Virus record (IMG/VR): IMGVR_UViG_3300017700_000562
Coordinates: 1 to 57,100 of that record
Reading direction: 5' to 3' (one strand)
Origin: a virus
Lineage: Duplodnaviria > Caudoviricetes
DNA length: 57,100 bases
Part shown: one piece after another, positions 26,609-35,396 of the stretch
Position numbering within the stretch: position 1 is the stretch's first letter
How the letters are laid out: each line of letters opens with the position of its first letter
Translations under genes and position numbers: made by a program
The notes under the pieces: model-generated
Databases searched by the model: none
Told to the model about the DNA's origin: nothing
What the model saw: only the letters and a program-made list of their open reading frames with translations

Positions 26609-27343
26609 CTAGTTGCCGAACTGGTCCGAAAGGATGTTGTACCCATTACCCCTTGGCATAACAGCCGAGGGCATAGTGAGTTCCGGAATTTGCAAATTGG
26701 CCTGGACGATGATGTCTCGGGCTTCCTGCGCCAGCGCGATCAGGGACGGATCGGGCTTCATACCCTTGCCGTACCCCTGCCGCAATCGCAGCGCCAGTTG
26801 GAATTTCATCCACGGCACGTACATTTCGGGGAACACGCCGTCGACCACCGTGTTAAGGGTCACGACCGGCATGACGTCCTTGAACAGTAGATGGATTTCG
26901 TACAAATTGGCGTTCGGTACCGGATATGGGTACAAGATTCCCATCGGGTTCTTGGTATCTAGGAACACCGCCTGTGGAAACGAAATCAATTGCTTGGTGG
27001 CGATCTGGCTGTAGGTCTCGCGCGCGTCGATGACCTTCAAGGGCTGATCGACGTCGAGGCCGTTGTTCTGCAGCTGGCGCACGTAGGCTGCCTGAATACG
27101 GTTGGGGCGCGGGGTCACGTTATAGTTCCCGCCCGGTCCCACCGTGTAGGTGTATGCCCCGGTAGACACGAACCCCACGTCTAGTTCGGCCCAAGTCATG
27201 AACTTTTCAGTTCTGGCCTGGGCCAACATGTCATTGAGATCGGCCAGCGCATCGTTCTGGTCCGACGCGCTGGCCGTCCCCCCTGAACCAAGTATCCCCG
27301 ACTTTTTCAGAGCCTGAGTTACTATGGACAGACCTGTGGTCAC
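26609..27343 (-). CDS. Head-to-tail adaptor, P22 gp4-like
   Basis: IVTQALKKSGILG...DALADLNDMLAQ and FQLALRL...YG. Confidence 0.8.
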   Translation of the reverse strand: MTTGLSIVTQALKKSGILGSGGTASASDQNDALADLNDMLAQARTEKFMTWAELDVGFVSTGAYTYTVGPGGNYNVTPRPNRIQAAYVRQLQNNGLDVDQPLKVIDARETYSQIATKQLISFPQAVFLDTKNPMGILYPYPVPNANLYEIHLLFKDVMPVVTLNTVVDGVFPEMYVPWMKFQLALRLRQGYGKGMKPDPSLIALAQEARDIIVQANLQIPELTMPSAVMPRGNGYNILSDQFGN

Positions 27344-27867
27344 TTCGCGCTAGCCTTGAGGCGCGCGGGGAGTGCCGTGTCCTTCTTGCCGGGCTTGGGC
27401 TTGAGGCGCGTCGGGGTGATCGCGGACAGCGCGTTGCCGTCCGTTTCCTCCGTCTCGTCCCCGTCATCCAGCGACACACCCTGCTTGGCCAGCATGGCGC
27501 GCAGCTTGGCGTTTTCGGATGCCATACGGGACAGCGCCGCATCGGTCTCGGCTTTGGCGTCAGCCGACGAGCGCGGCAGCAACGAGCGAATTTCTTCGGC
27601 TTTGGCCTCGTCTTCGAGGTTGCCGAGATAGGTCTCCAGTTCGTCTTCGCTGGAGACGATGATGGGCTGGTCGACTTCGTCGAGGACCGGCACGACCTTA
27701 CGCAGCGGTTCCTTCTTGCCGGGGAGGGCCACATCGACATACTGCGTCAACATCAGCGGATAGTCCCGGTGGATGTGTTCCGGAAAGTCTGCCGGGTTGG
27801 TCATCTTGGTCAACGGAATGGCGGTCCGAATGTCGTGGCGGCGATTGTTGTTGGCGACTGCGGCCAT
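27340..27867 (-). CDS. Hypothetical head-region protein
   Basis: DYPLML...IIVSSEDE motif and coupling to the adaptor gene. Confidence 0.6.
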   Translation of the reverse strand: MAAVANNNRRHDIRTAIPLTKMTNPADFPEHIHRDYPLMLTQYVDVALPGKKEPLRKVVPVLDEVDQPIIVSSEDELETYLGNLEDEAKAEEIRSLLPRSSADAKAETDAALSRMASENAKLRAMLAKQGVSLDDGDETEETDGNALSAITPTRLKPKPGKKDTALPARLKASAK

Positions 27868-27893
27868 GGTATTTTCCCTTACCAGAAGGAATT

Positions 27894-27918
27894 CCCCCTG
27901 ACCGACATGGTCAGGGGG
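27894..27918 (-). terminator. Stem-loop, possible terminator
   Basis: ccccctgacc-gacat-ggtcaggggg is a perfect 10-bp stem in an intergenic gap, with only a weak U tail. Confidence 0.55.
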
Positions 27919-27931
27919 TAGAAATCAGAGT

Positions 27932-28810
27932 TCAGCGCGGACGGCGCGGCGGGGCTGCGGCGGGCTGACCGGAGACGCGGTTGTCGGCCTGACCGCTGGA
28001 CTTGCCGGGGACCACCGAATCGCTCTCGAAGGTCGACGGGCCGGTGCTGACGTGGTCGCCCGGCTGCGGGTTCGGCGTCGGGTTGGGGTTGGCGTCCGTA
28101 GCCGGGAACTGGCTGCGCTGGGTGATGTCGCCGCGATTGTCGGAAACCGGCGAAGCCACCGGGGCCGGTTCAGTCGGGCGGTTCGGGGCACCAGGTTCAC
28201 GCGGGCCGGCGAACGGCTCGTAGGGCGGGGCGTCGAGGATGTCGGCGGTGCGATTGGCCTCGGTGCGCTGTACTTCATCGTGCTTGTCGGCAATGAGACC
28301 TTCGCGGTCCGAATTGAACTTGTCTTCCTCGTCGGCATTGTTGACGATGACGCGGTCGCCGCCTTCACCGACCCACTTGGGGTACTCGTTGCCGGCGTGC
28401 AGCCGAATTTTGTGCTCGCGCAGCGTCAGCCGGACGTGCTCGACGTTCTCGGTGGTCGGTTCGAGGCCGAGGTGTGAACACACTTCCTTGACGAACGACA
28501 GCCCGTGGGCCGATTCCGGGTCCATACGGGACGACGCATCCGCCTGCATCGACGGGCCGATGGCCATGGCCGCTTCGCGCGGGCCGAGGGATCGCATGTC
28601 ACCCTTGTCGAAGGTGTCGTTGTAACGCTTGGTCTGGCCGTCATCATGACCACGCGCTGCCAGTTCGTCCTGAGCCGGACCGGCCGGACCCTGACCGCGC
28701 TTTTCGTAGGCCTGCGGCTTGCCTTTGTAGCCGGTGCTGACGAAATCGACAGCGTCGCTGGCAACGGTGTCTTCGAGCCCGGCGTGCGGGTCCTGCTTTC
28801 GGTCTTCCAT
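27932..28810 (-). CDS. Hypothetical acidic/Pro-rich protein downstream of the capsid gene
   Basis: AGGAGG RBS, EYPKWV...VIVNNADEE motif and a disordered tail. Confidence 0.7.
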   Translation of the reverse strand: MEDRKQDPHAGLEDTVASDAVDFVSTGYKGKPQAYEKRGQGPAGPAQDELAARGHDDGQTKRYNDTFDKGDMRSLGPREAAMAIGPSMQADASSRMDPESAHGLSFVKEVCSHLGLEPTTENVEHVRLTLREHKIRLHAGNEYPKWVGEGGDRVIVNNADEEDKFNSDREGLIADKHDEVQRTEANRTADILDAPPYEPFAGPREPGAPNRPTEPAPVASPVSDNRGDITQRSQFPATDANPNPTPNPQPGDHVSTGPSTFESDSVVPGKSSGQADNRVSGQPAAAPPRRPR

Positions 28811-28859
28811 GGGAATTTCCTCCTGAGGGCACCATGCCCTGAATAGATAACGGGCGGTG

Positions 28860-28887
28860 CCCGCGCCGGTTCCTTACCCGGCGCGGG
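28860..28887 (-). terminator. Stem-loop after the major capsid gene
   Basis: cccgcgccgg...ccggcgcggg forms a 10-bp stem just past the capsid stop. Confidence 0.6.
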
Positions 28888-28899
28888 GGTGGGACACCC

Positions 28900-30108
28900 T
28901 CAGATTTTGTCCGGAACGATGCACGCCCATTCCGGTCGGACCGTCAGCGAACCGTACAGGACGTCGAGACGGGACGCCTCCTGGTCGGTGCCGATGATGT
29001 AGTCCTTAATGTAGCGCAGCGACACGTTGTCGTAGCGGTGACGCGCCGTGACCTTGTTCGCGGGCATCGGAAGATCGCCGGTCGCCATGGTGATCGCCTC
29101 GGGGGCGAACCGGAACGACTTGCGGTAGACCACGTTCGGATTGGTGAACAGCGAAATCACGGCACCGTTGGCCGGCGACACGTCGACGGTCTGGTACTGG
29201 ACGGCATTGCCGCCGATGGCCGGGATGATCGACGGATAGACCGCGAGACCGGTGGCCCCGTTCGCCGCGTTGGCCGTGATCACGAACTGACGAAGTTCGC
29301 CGGTCGTGTCCTTGGTGACGCGGTTGACGGCGTTGACGCCCGCGATGGTGATGATGTCGCCGACGTTCAGGGTGCCGGTGATGGCGTTGGTGACGAGGTT
29401 CGGACCGGACTGGCCTGCGCCGTTGACGGTGCCGGCAGTGAACGAACCAGCGGTGTGCTTGATGACGGTCTGGTCATTGAACCAGGTCGCACCCAGCGCC
29501 TTGTACATCGTGCCTTCGTAATACTGGTCGGAGATCGCGGACTGCGGGTTGAGCAGGCCGGCCAGCGACTTGACGACGCGGGCTTCCTGCCGGGGGTCGT
29601 TGATAATCTTGTGACCGACCATCGGCGCCGAATTCAGGCTGAGCGTGGCCTGGGCGTCGAGGTAGGTGCCGTCGTTGGGGGTGATGATGTTGTTGTTGGC
29701 GTCGAGGTTCGCCGCGATGTTGCAGATCGCCTCGGCGTTGGCGTTCATGATGGTCGAGGCCACCTTGCCGGCGAGGTTGTTCATCATCGGCAACAGAATG
29801 TTGTCGGAGAAGTCGTCGAGCGACAGCAGCATGTCGGCGGTGGTGAACGACACGTCGACGTGCTGCTGCGTCGCCATGGTCAGGACGGTCTGCTGCTCGG
29901 AGGTGTCCTGCACCGACAGCGCCGGGCCGGTGGTGACGATGTAGTCGTTCGGCAGGCGGATGCGCAACTGCGAACCGATCTTCTCACCATTCTTGCCGAA
30001 TTCCGAATCGTACTGGCGATTCAGGTTCTTGATGAAGGCGTTGGTGTTGATGAACAGCGGCACCGCCTCGCGCGTGATCTGCGAAATGGTGAGAAGGTTG
30101 TTGGCCAT
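28900..30108 (-). CDS. Major capsid protein, P22 coat (gp5) family
   Basis: MANNLLT...KIGSQLRIRLP...RLDVLYG..TVRPEWA, with a GAGGA RBS at 30108 and strong codon bias. Confidence 0.93.
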   Translation of the reverse strand: MANNLLTISQITREAVPLFINTNAFIKNLNRQYDSEFGKNGEKIGSQLRIRLPNDYIVTTGPALSVQDTSEQQTVLTMATQQHVDVSFTTADMLLSLDDFSDNILLPMMNNLAGKVASTIMNANAEAICNIAANLDANNNIITPNDGTYLDAQATLSLNSAPMVGHKIINDPRQEARVVKSLAGLLNPQSAISDQYYEGTMYKALGATWFNDQTVIKHTAGSFTAGTVNGAGQSGPNLVTNAITGTLNVGDIITIAGVNAVNRVTKDTTGELRQFVITANAANGATGLAVYPSIIPAIGGNAVQYQTVDVSPANGAVISLFTNPNVVYRKSFRFAPEAITMATGDLPMPANKVTARHRYDNVSLRYIKDYIIGTDQEASRLDVLYGSLTVRPEWACIVPDKI

Positions 30109-30253
30109 GTTGTCCTCGATTGTTGTCGTGCTGTGTTTCGGATTTTTGCGGTGCCTGAATTCGCAACTTTTGGTAGGCCAGCACGAGAACAATGCGCTCG
30201 GACGCCGTTTAGGGCACTAGAATTTTACAAGCGCTAGGACGCCGATGAATAGT

Positions 30254-30285
30254 TCGACCGGGACCATAACACAGGCCCCGGTCGA
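30254..30285 (-). promoter_or_regulatory. Stem-loop between scaffold and capsid genes
   Basis: tcgaccggg...cccggtcga inverted repeat in a ~185-nt intergenic leader. Confidence 0.45.
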
Positions 30286-30292
30286 GTGGAAG

Positions 30293-31219
30293 TTATCTCC
30301 GGCCCTGCTTCTTGGCGAACCGTTCCTGACGCTGGCGTTCCCGCGCCGCGAACCACTCCTCGTCTGGAACACTGTCGCTCTTGGGGTCGGCCGGGTTGAT
30401 GCGCTTGCCGGATGGCGTCGCGTTCCGACCGATGGGGGTCACCGGCTGCGGAGCGTTGGAAGCGCCTTTCGGGGCCGGTTTGTCCGGAATTCCCAGCTTG
30501 GCGATGGCCGTGGCTCGCTTCGCCGGAGGCAGGCCCATGATGCGCTCGTATTCATCCGGGTCGCTGGCCATGGTGTACAGAACCTTGGCCGGGTCATCCG
30601 ACGCCACGATGTATTCCATGGTGGAGTTGTCGATGCCGCCGAGGATCGGGAGACGAGCAAGCTTAGTGTCCCAATCCTTCTTGTATCGACCCTTGCCGGT
30701 AGCGTACGCCGCGTTGCAGTCGGCGTCGAACTTGGCCTGGGCATCTTCGTTGCGAATCTGGGCCTTGGCCGTGGCCACGGGGTCCGGGTCGGAAGATGCC
30801 GCAGCGGGCTTCTTAGCGGGCGGCGGGTCCTTGGGGTCGCGTCCCTCGGCGATGGCGCGGAGAGTAGCGTTCTCCGCCTCCAGTTCTGCTGCCCGACGTA
30901 TACCTTCTTGAATCTTGCGATGCTGCTTGGCAAGCTGACGGTCGCGCCAGTCAGCCTTGTCGGCCTTGCTGGCGTTGGCATCAGGCTTGTCGTCTTCGTC
31001 ATCGGAATCATCGTCTGCGTCGTCGCTGTCCGCGTCGTCGGACGAACCATCACCCTCGTCTGAATCGGAAGAATCGTCGTCGCCCGTGTCGCCGTCGTCC
31101 TGATCGTCGGTCTCGTCGACGGTATCATCATTGGTGTCGTTGTCGTCCGACGCGTCGCCGGGCTTGTCGGCGGGACCGTAGAACATGCGAACCGAACCGA
31201 GCATCTTGTTCTTGAACAT
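30293..31219 (-). CDS. Capsid scaffolding protein
   Basis: Very acidic N-terminus, coiled coil and C-terminal SNAPQPVTPI...EEWFAARERQ, directly upstream of the coat gene. Confidence 0.8.
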   Translation of the reverse strand: MFKNKMLGSVRMFYGPADKPGDASDDNDTNDDTVDETDDQDDGDTGDDDSSDSDEGDGSSDDADSDDADDDSDDEDDKPDANASKADKADWRDRQLAKQHRKIQEGIRRAAELEAENATLRAIAEGRDPKDPPPAKKPAAASSDPDPVATAKAQIRNEDAQAKFDADCNAAYATGKGRYKKDWDTKLARLPILGGIDNSTMEYIVASDDPAKVLYTMASDPDEYERIMGLPPAKRATAIAKLGIPDKPAPKGASNAPQPVTPIGRNATPSGKRINPADPKSDSVPDEEWFAARERQRQERFAKKQGRR

Positions 31220-31272
31220 GGTAGTCTCCAGAGTGCATGAGTATTGTAAAGGCGCTCAGACGCCGGTTGATA

Positions 31273-31500
31273 TTAACGCTTCTTGCCGGGCGAACACACC
31301 TTCGCCATCGACTTCATTTCCTCACGGGCATGCTTCTTGACGTGCGCCATGAGGGGCTTGTCACGCCGAATTTCTTCGGCGCGGGTGAGAGTGTGCAGGG
31401 CGTCCTTGGCCCGCCATTTCATGTCGTCCACCGCAGACGGACCCATGGTGTCCATCAACTTGTTCGACGACTTCGTGATCTTGGACTTGGTGTTAGCCAT
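31273..31500 (-). CDS. Small basic hypothetical protein
   Basis: GGAGG RBS and KWRAKDALHTLTRAEEI. Confidence 0.65.
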   Translation of the reverse strand: MANTKSKITKSSNKLMDTMGPSAVDDMKWRAKDALHTLTRAEEIRRDKPLMAHVKKHAREEMKSMAKVCSPGKKR

Positions 31501-31509
31501 CGTGCCCTC

Positions 31510-31908
31510 CTAGGCGCTGAAAGTCGGCTTGTCGCCCATGCGACGCTGCAGTAACGACACGGCCTTGGGGGACGTAGACTTCTGGTGCTCTTCCAGTAGC
31601 GCGGCCATGATGCCGTCCTTGACGTTCTGGTGGATGGTCGGGTCAGTCAACATCTGAACCATGCGCTTGCGTGCGATGTCGACGAAGTATAACCAGCCTG
31701 GGCGATCGATATTGATCGTACCGTCCTTTTTGACCTGCATACCTCGAATATAGTGGCGCAAAGTCGGGTATGTGGCCCTGAAAGCAGCGGAACGCTGTTG
31801 ATCATGCAAAGCAGAGCCATGCTCCTTACTCGCCTCAGTATAAAATTCAGAGGCGAGGCGCTTTGCAACACTCCGGATGCTTCGTTCCGTCATTGTTCTA
31901 TCTTCCAT
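31510..31908 (-). CDS. Hypothetical protein
   Basis: ORF in the late operon. Confidence 0.6.
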   Translation of the reverse strand: MEDRTMTERSIRSVAKRLASEFYTEASKEHGSALHDQQRSAAFRATYPTLRHYIRGMQVKKDGTINIDRPGWLYFVDIARKRMVQMLTDPTIHQNVKDGIMAALLEEHQKSTSPKAVSLLQRRMGDKPTFSA

Positions 31909-34900
31909 GGGTTGTCTTCGACCGGTACCAGCGGAAACGGAATGCCAGATGCGAATAGTGGGAAACCCTTGCCGATGGCGGCTTCGCGCATCTTGTCGGT
32001 GATGGGGAGGACGTAGACGGGAGAACCTACATCCTTAACTGTAAAGTCCCCAACTCCCAAATCCTTGTTGGACTCATTCATACGAGCCACCCACGCTTCC
32101 ATTTCAGCGCGAGTTGGGGCCGAAGCCACGACATTTCCCTTAGGGTCGACGGCGTCAAACGAAACACCTGTGGACCCCTTGTTTACTTTCGCCCCGAATT
32201 TCTTCCCCAGCGCGTTGGCCTTGTCGACCAGCATTTTGTCGTAGAAAGCTTTCATACCCTCGCCGCCGACCTTAAGATCGAGGCCTGACAATTCCCCTTT
32301 AAGGTTATTGCCAACGGGTACCAATTCTGCTTTAGAAAAACTGCGCCTATCCCCATTCGGAAATTTTACAGTGAACTGGTGTTGTCCTGAGGGCATTCGC
32401 TTGTCGATCACCCCTTCTTGCCCAATTAAATCCTTAAACGCAGGGATGTCCGGCAAATTCAATTTTACTTTATCCCCCACATTTAAGGTTTTTTTAGACT
32501 TAACGGCCCCTTCTCCCGCAATAATCTTGTCGGCTACATCCTTGCCGACAAAATCGGCCAATTTATCAGCCGGAACGTTAGGGTGGGCCACGTTTTCCAT
32601 GAGGGCCGCGTGGTGGGTGGCATGCCCAACCAATCTTCCGTCCTTATACGGAGAAAGATTGAAAGTGCCGTCGTCATTCTTAGACCATTTCAACTGGTCC
32701 ACCTGTTTGCTCAGGTCGTACCGCGCCGCCTGCGCCTCCCCCGGCGTCCAGCTGATCTGGTCGTAGCCCTTTTCAGACGCTTCGCGGATCAGGCGTTTAA
32801 GCACGAGATCAGGCCACGTGGTCTTGAAAGGAGCATCAGGTACACCTTGCGTCTTCTTGATAAGAGCGCCCTGCTTATCCCATGCATCCTTATATTCTTT
32901 AGCAATAGCATGGTACTCAGGAGTGTCTAGCCACCACGGCACCTTATTGGCAGGTAATTCCCCGGCTTCGATCTTGTGGATCAAGCTCATGCCGCTATCA
33001 TCGAGATCGACGCCAGCCTGCTTTGCCTTTTCCAATATGTGAGACCCTAAATCCACGCGCGCAGCGGACGCATCGTCGCGCGCAGCGTGGATTTCCTCTT
33101 TAGTCGGGACGTCCTCTTTGTACCCTTTCTTCCGTCCCTCTTGGTGCCAGTCGCTCTGGATTTCCTCCACGTGCAACGACTTCTTGCCGTCGATGACGCG
33201 GTCGTTCAGGCGCGTGTGGGCGAGGACGTTGGGTTCGTCCCAATGAGAAGAACGATAATCTCCACCGTAAGAAGATCCAGCAGGTTGGCCGCTCAACACC
33301 CGCTCCAAATCAACCATTTCCGCGTGTTCGGCGTCGGTCAAATTACGCCGGTCTGCCTCGTTGGTAAGCTTGGCATATCTGTCCATAGCTCCTACGCGGT
33401 CAGCAGTCTTGGATGGTAGCGTAAACAGCACCTCGCGGTAGTTCTCGGCGCCTGGAAGCTGATAAGAGCCGAACTTAGTGTCCGACATACCCGTATCTTC
33501 CATCCAGTCCATCAAATCCACAGTGTTTTCAGGCGGATGACCGAACTGGTTCTCATATTCATCCCGCATCCCAGCTTCGTATTCGGGATCAGATAGGTCC
33601 TTGTTGCCCTTCTTGACCTCTTTTATCTCAACCTTGTGGTTATTCACCCAGTCCTGCATCTGCTCTTTCGACACAGATTTCCCTTCGAACGGGTTCTTTT
33701 CACCTAGACCCATCCACGCAAGTTCCTCGCCCTTGACGCCGGGCTGGTTCTTGAGATAGCCCATCCACTGGTCATACGACATCTTGGGCTGCGGGGCGTT
33801 CATCACAGAGTGCTCGACGGCTGAATAGAACGCCGGGGCCTGTTGCTTTGCGATGGCTGAAATCGGAGCACCTGGAACGGCGCTGTCGGACATCAGCTTG
33901 GATGGGTCTACACCATACGCGTCTCCTACAGCCCGTGCGTACTTGGCAGTCTTGTGCGGCTCTAGGTCCTCAAATTTGGAATCTTTGCCTATCTTGATCT
34001 GAGCGCGATAGTCGTCGTTGTGCGTGGGTTCCACCTTGATGGTCTGGTCCCCTTTGACATACGTAGCAGGCTTGTCGCTAAAAGCCACGGCTCTGTACCC
34101 GGTGGTGGTGTTGGGGTCCGAATACACGCGCGTAGACTTACGGTTATCCTTTAATTCCCACCCGTCGCCTACGAGGCGTTCGTGTAGTTCTGCCATGTTT
34201 TTGGACCCGGCTTCCGTCCAATGTGACGGAGCGTTGGGGTTGTGATCGACGTAGTCGCCTATCTCCTTGAGATACGTGGTAGATATGCGCCCGGTTGGCG
34301 TGAACAAGTCCTTGGGAACCATATCTCCGGTCAAAGGGTTGCGCACCATGGGCACCCCCATATCGACCGTGGGCATCCACTGGTCGGACAACAGACGCAA
34401 ATATTCGGGTTTCACACCTCCCAAAACTGCCGTGCTCTCCCCACGAGCCAACGCATGTATACCATCCATCGGGTCGGAGGAAACGTCCTCGTCTGGTAAG
34501 AATTTTTTAAGGTTCTTTTCGGTGGCTGGAATACGAGCTTCCAAGACCTGGTGGGACCCCTGTTCGGTCTGTGCAAGATTTTCCAAGGCTGCCTTACGGG
34601 TGCCATGGAAATAAGTTCCATCCCCCGAATAAGCTGGCTTCCAATTTTGGCCAGACGCGGGACTTTTACCCGGTATCAGGCCCTCTTTTAGGATTGATTC
34701 CACATTTTCTATAGGGGCGACATGGAACACGCTGATAGTACCATCGTCATTCAAGCGATTAGAACTTTTAAGGTACTTAAGCGTGGGATCAAGATGTTGA
34801 GGCCGAAACCCGTTGTCCAACCTACGAACTGGTCCACTTCCCAGCGTGGCCTCTCCTGCCTTCACGCTCGCGATGCTGCCGCCCCCCATCAGTCCGCTCG

Positions 34901-35396
34901 TGTCCTGCGCGCGCTCGATAACGCGGTCGCCCGGCTGTTGCCACGGCGACGTGAAACCCGAACCCCGAGGCAATTCCACCATATCTTCCGTACGGAGGCC
35001 GGGGAGCGGCATCGGCTGCGCGCCGGACACGACGTCGCCGGGCAGCGTCAGACCGGACCGGACCATTTTCTCCGGCCACGTCTGGTACCTTTCCTGACCG
35101 TTGGTGCCCAGCAGGCGGTCGCGGGCGCGCTCAGCCACCGGGGCCTCGCCGGGCGCGACGCCGGCCGTACCGACGTTCGACCCCAGCCCCTGTATCATCG
35201 ATCCCAGTCTGGCCAGCAACGTGCCGATGTCAACACCCCCTTGCTCTACGGGTTCGTCGACTTTGCCCTCCATGCGCGCGGCCAGCTTGTTAGGGGCAGC
35301 ACCGCCGATGCGCACCCGAAAAACTCCGTCCGGGTCGCGCACCATGCCCGAGCCTTCATCGGGGTTCAGGTACTGTTCTAGTTCATTAGCCATCAC
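31890..35396 (-). CDS. Large mosaic polyvalent-type protein with a putative ADP-ribosyltransferase-fold domain
   Basis: 1168 aa. VFHVAPIENVESILKEGLIP...TYFH...VLEARI is ART/Tpt1-like. Conserved-looking blocks FYSAVE...GVKGEEL, HWDEPNVLAH, EEIQSDWHQ, VPDAPF and GMKAFYD. Confidence 0.65.
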   Translation of the reverse strand: MMANELEQYLNPDEGSGMVRDPDGVFRVRIGGAAPNKLAARMEGKVDEPVEQGGVDIGTLLARLGSMIQGLGSNVGTAGVAPGEAPVAERARDRLLGTNGQERYQTWPEKMVRSGLTLPGDVVSGAQPMPLPGLRTEDMVELPRGSGFTSPWQQPGDRVIERAQDTSGLMGGGSIASVKAGEATLGSGPVRRLDNGFRPQHLDPTLKYLKSSNRLNDDGTISVFHVAPIENVESILKEGLIPGKSPASGQNWKPAYSGDGTYFHGTRKAALENLAQTEQGSHQVLEARIPATEKNLKKFLPDEDVSSDPMDGIHALARGESTAVLGGVKPEYLRLLSDQWMPTVDMGVPMVRNPLTGDMVPKDLFTPTGRISTTYLKEIGDYVDHNPNAPSHWTEAGSKNMAELHERLVGDGWELKDNRKSTRVYSDPNTTTGYRAVAFSDKPATYVKGDQTIKVEPTHNDDYRAQIKIGKDSKFEDLEPHKTAKYARAVGDAYGVDPSKLMSDSAVPGAPISAIAKQQAPAFYSAVEHSVMNAPQPKMSYDQWMGYLKNQPGVKGEELAWMGLGEKNPFEGKSVSKEQMQDWVNNHKVEIKEVKKGNKDLSDPEYEAGMRDEYENQFGHPPENTVDLMDWMEDTGMSDTKFGSYQLPGAENYREVLFTLPSKTADRVGAMDRYAKLTNEADRRNLTDAEHAEMVDLERVLSGQPAGSSYGGDYRSSHWDEPNVLAHTRLNDRVIDGKKSLHVEEIQSDWHQEGRKKGYKEDVPTKEEIHAARDDASAARVDLGSHILEKAKQAGVDLDDSGMSLIHKIEAGELPANKVPWWLDTPEYHAIAKEYKDAWDKQGALIKKTQGVPDAPFKTTWPDLVLKRLIREASEKGYDQISWTPGEAQAARYDLSKQVDQLKWSKNDDGTFNLSPYKDGRLVGHATHHAALMENVAHPNVPADKLADFVGKDVADKIIAGEGAVKSKKTLNVGDKVKLNLPDIPAFKDLIGQEGVIDKRMPSGQHQFTVKFPNGDRRSFSKAELVPVGNNLKGELSGLDLKVGGEGMKAFYDKMLVDKANALGKKFGAKVNKGSTGVSFDAVDPKGNVVASAPTRAEMEAWVARMNESNKDLGVGDFTVKDVGSPVYVLPITDKMREAAIGKGFPLFASGIPFPLVPVEDNPWKIEQ

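Noticed and set aside
30950-31160. Tandem repeat or CRISPR-like array (gtcgtc runs)
   Set aside because: These are just Asp codons of the acidic scaffold N-terminus. No repeat-spacer structure was seen anywhere in the window.
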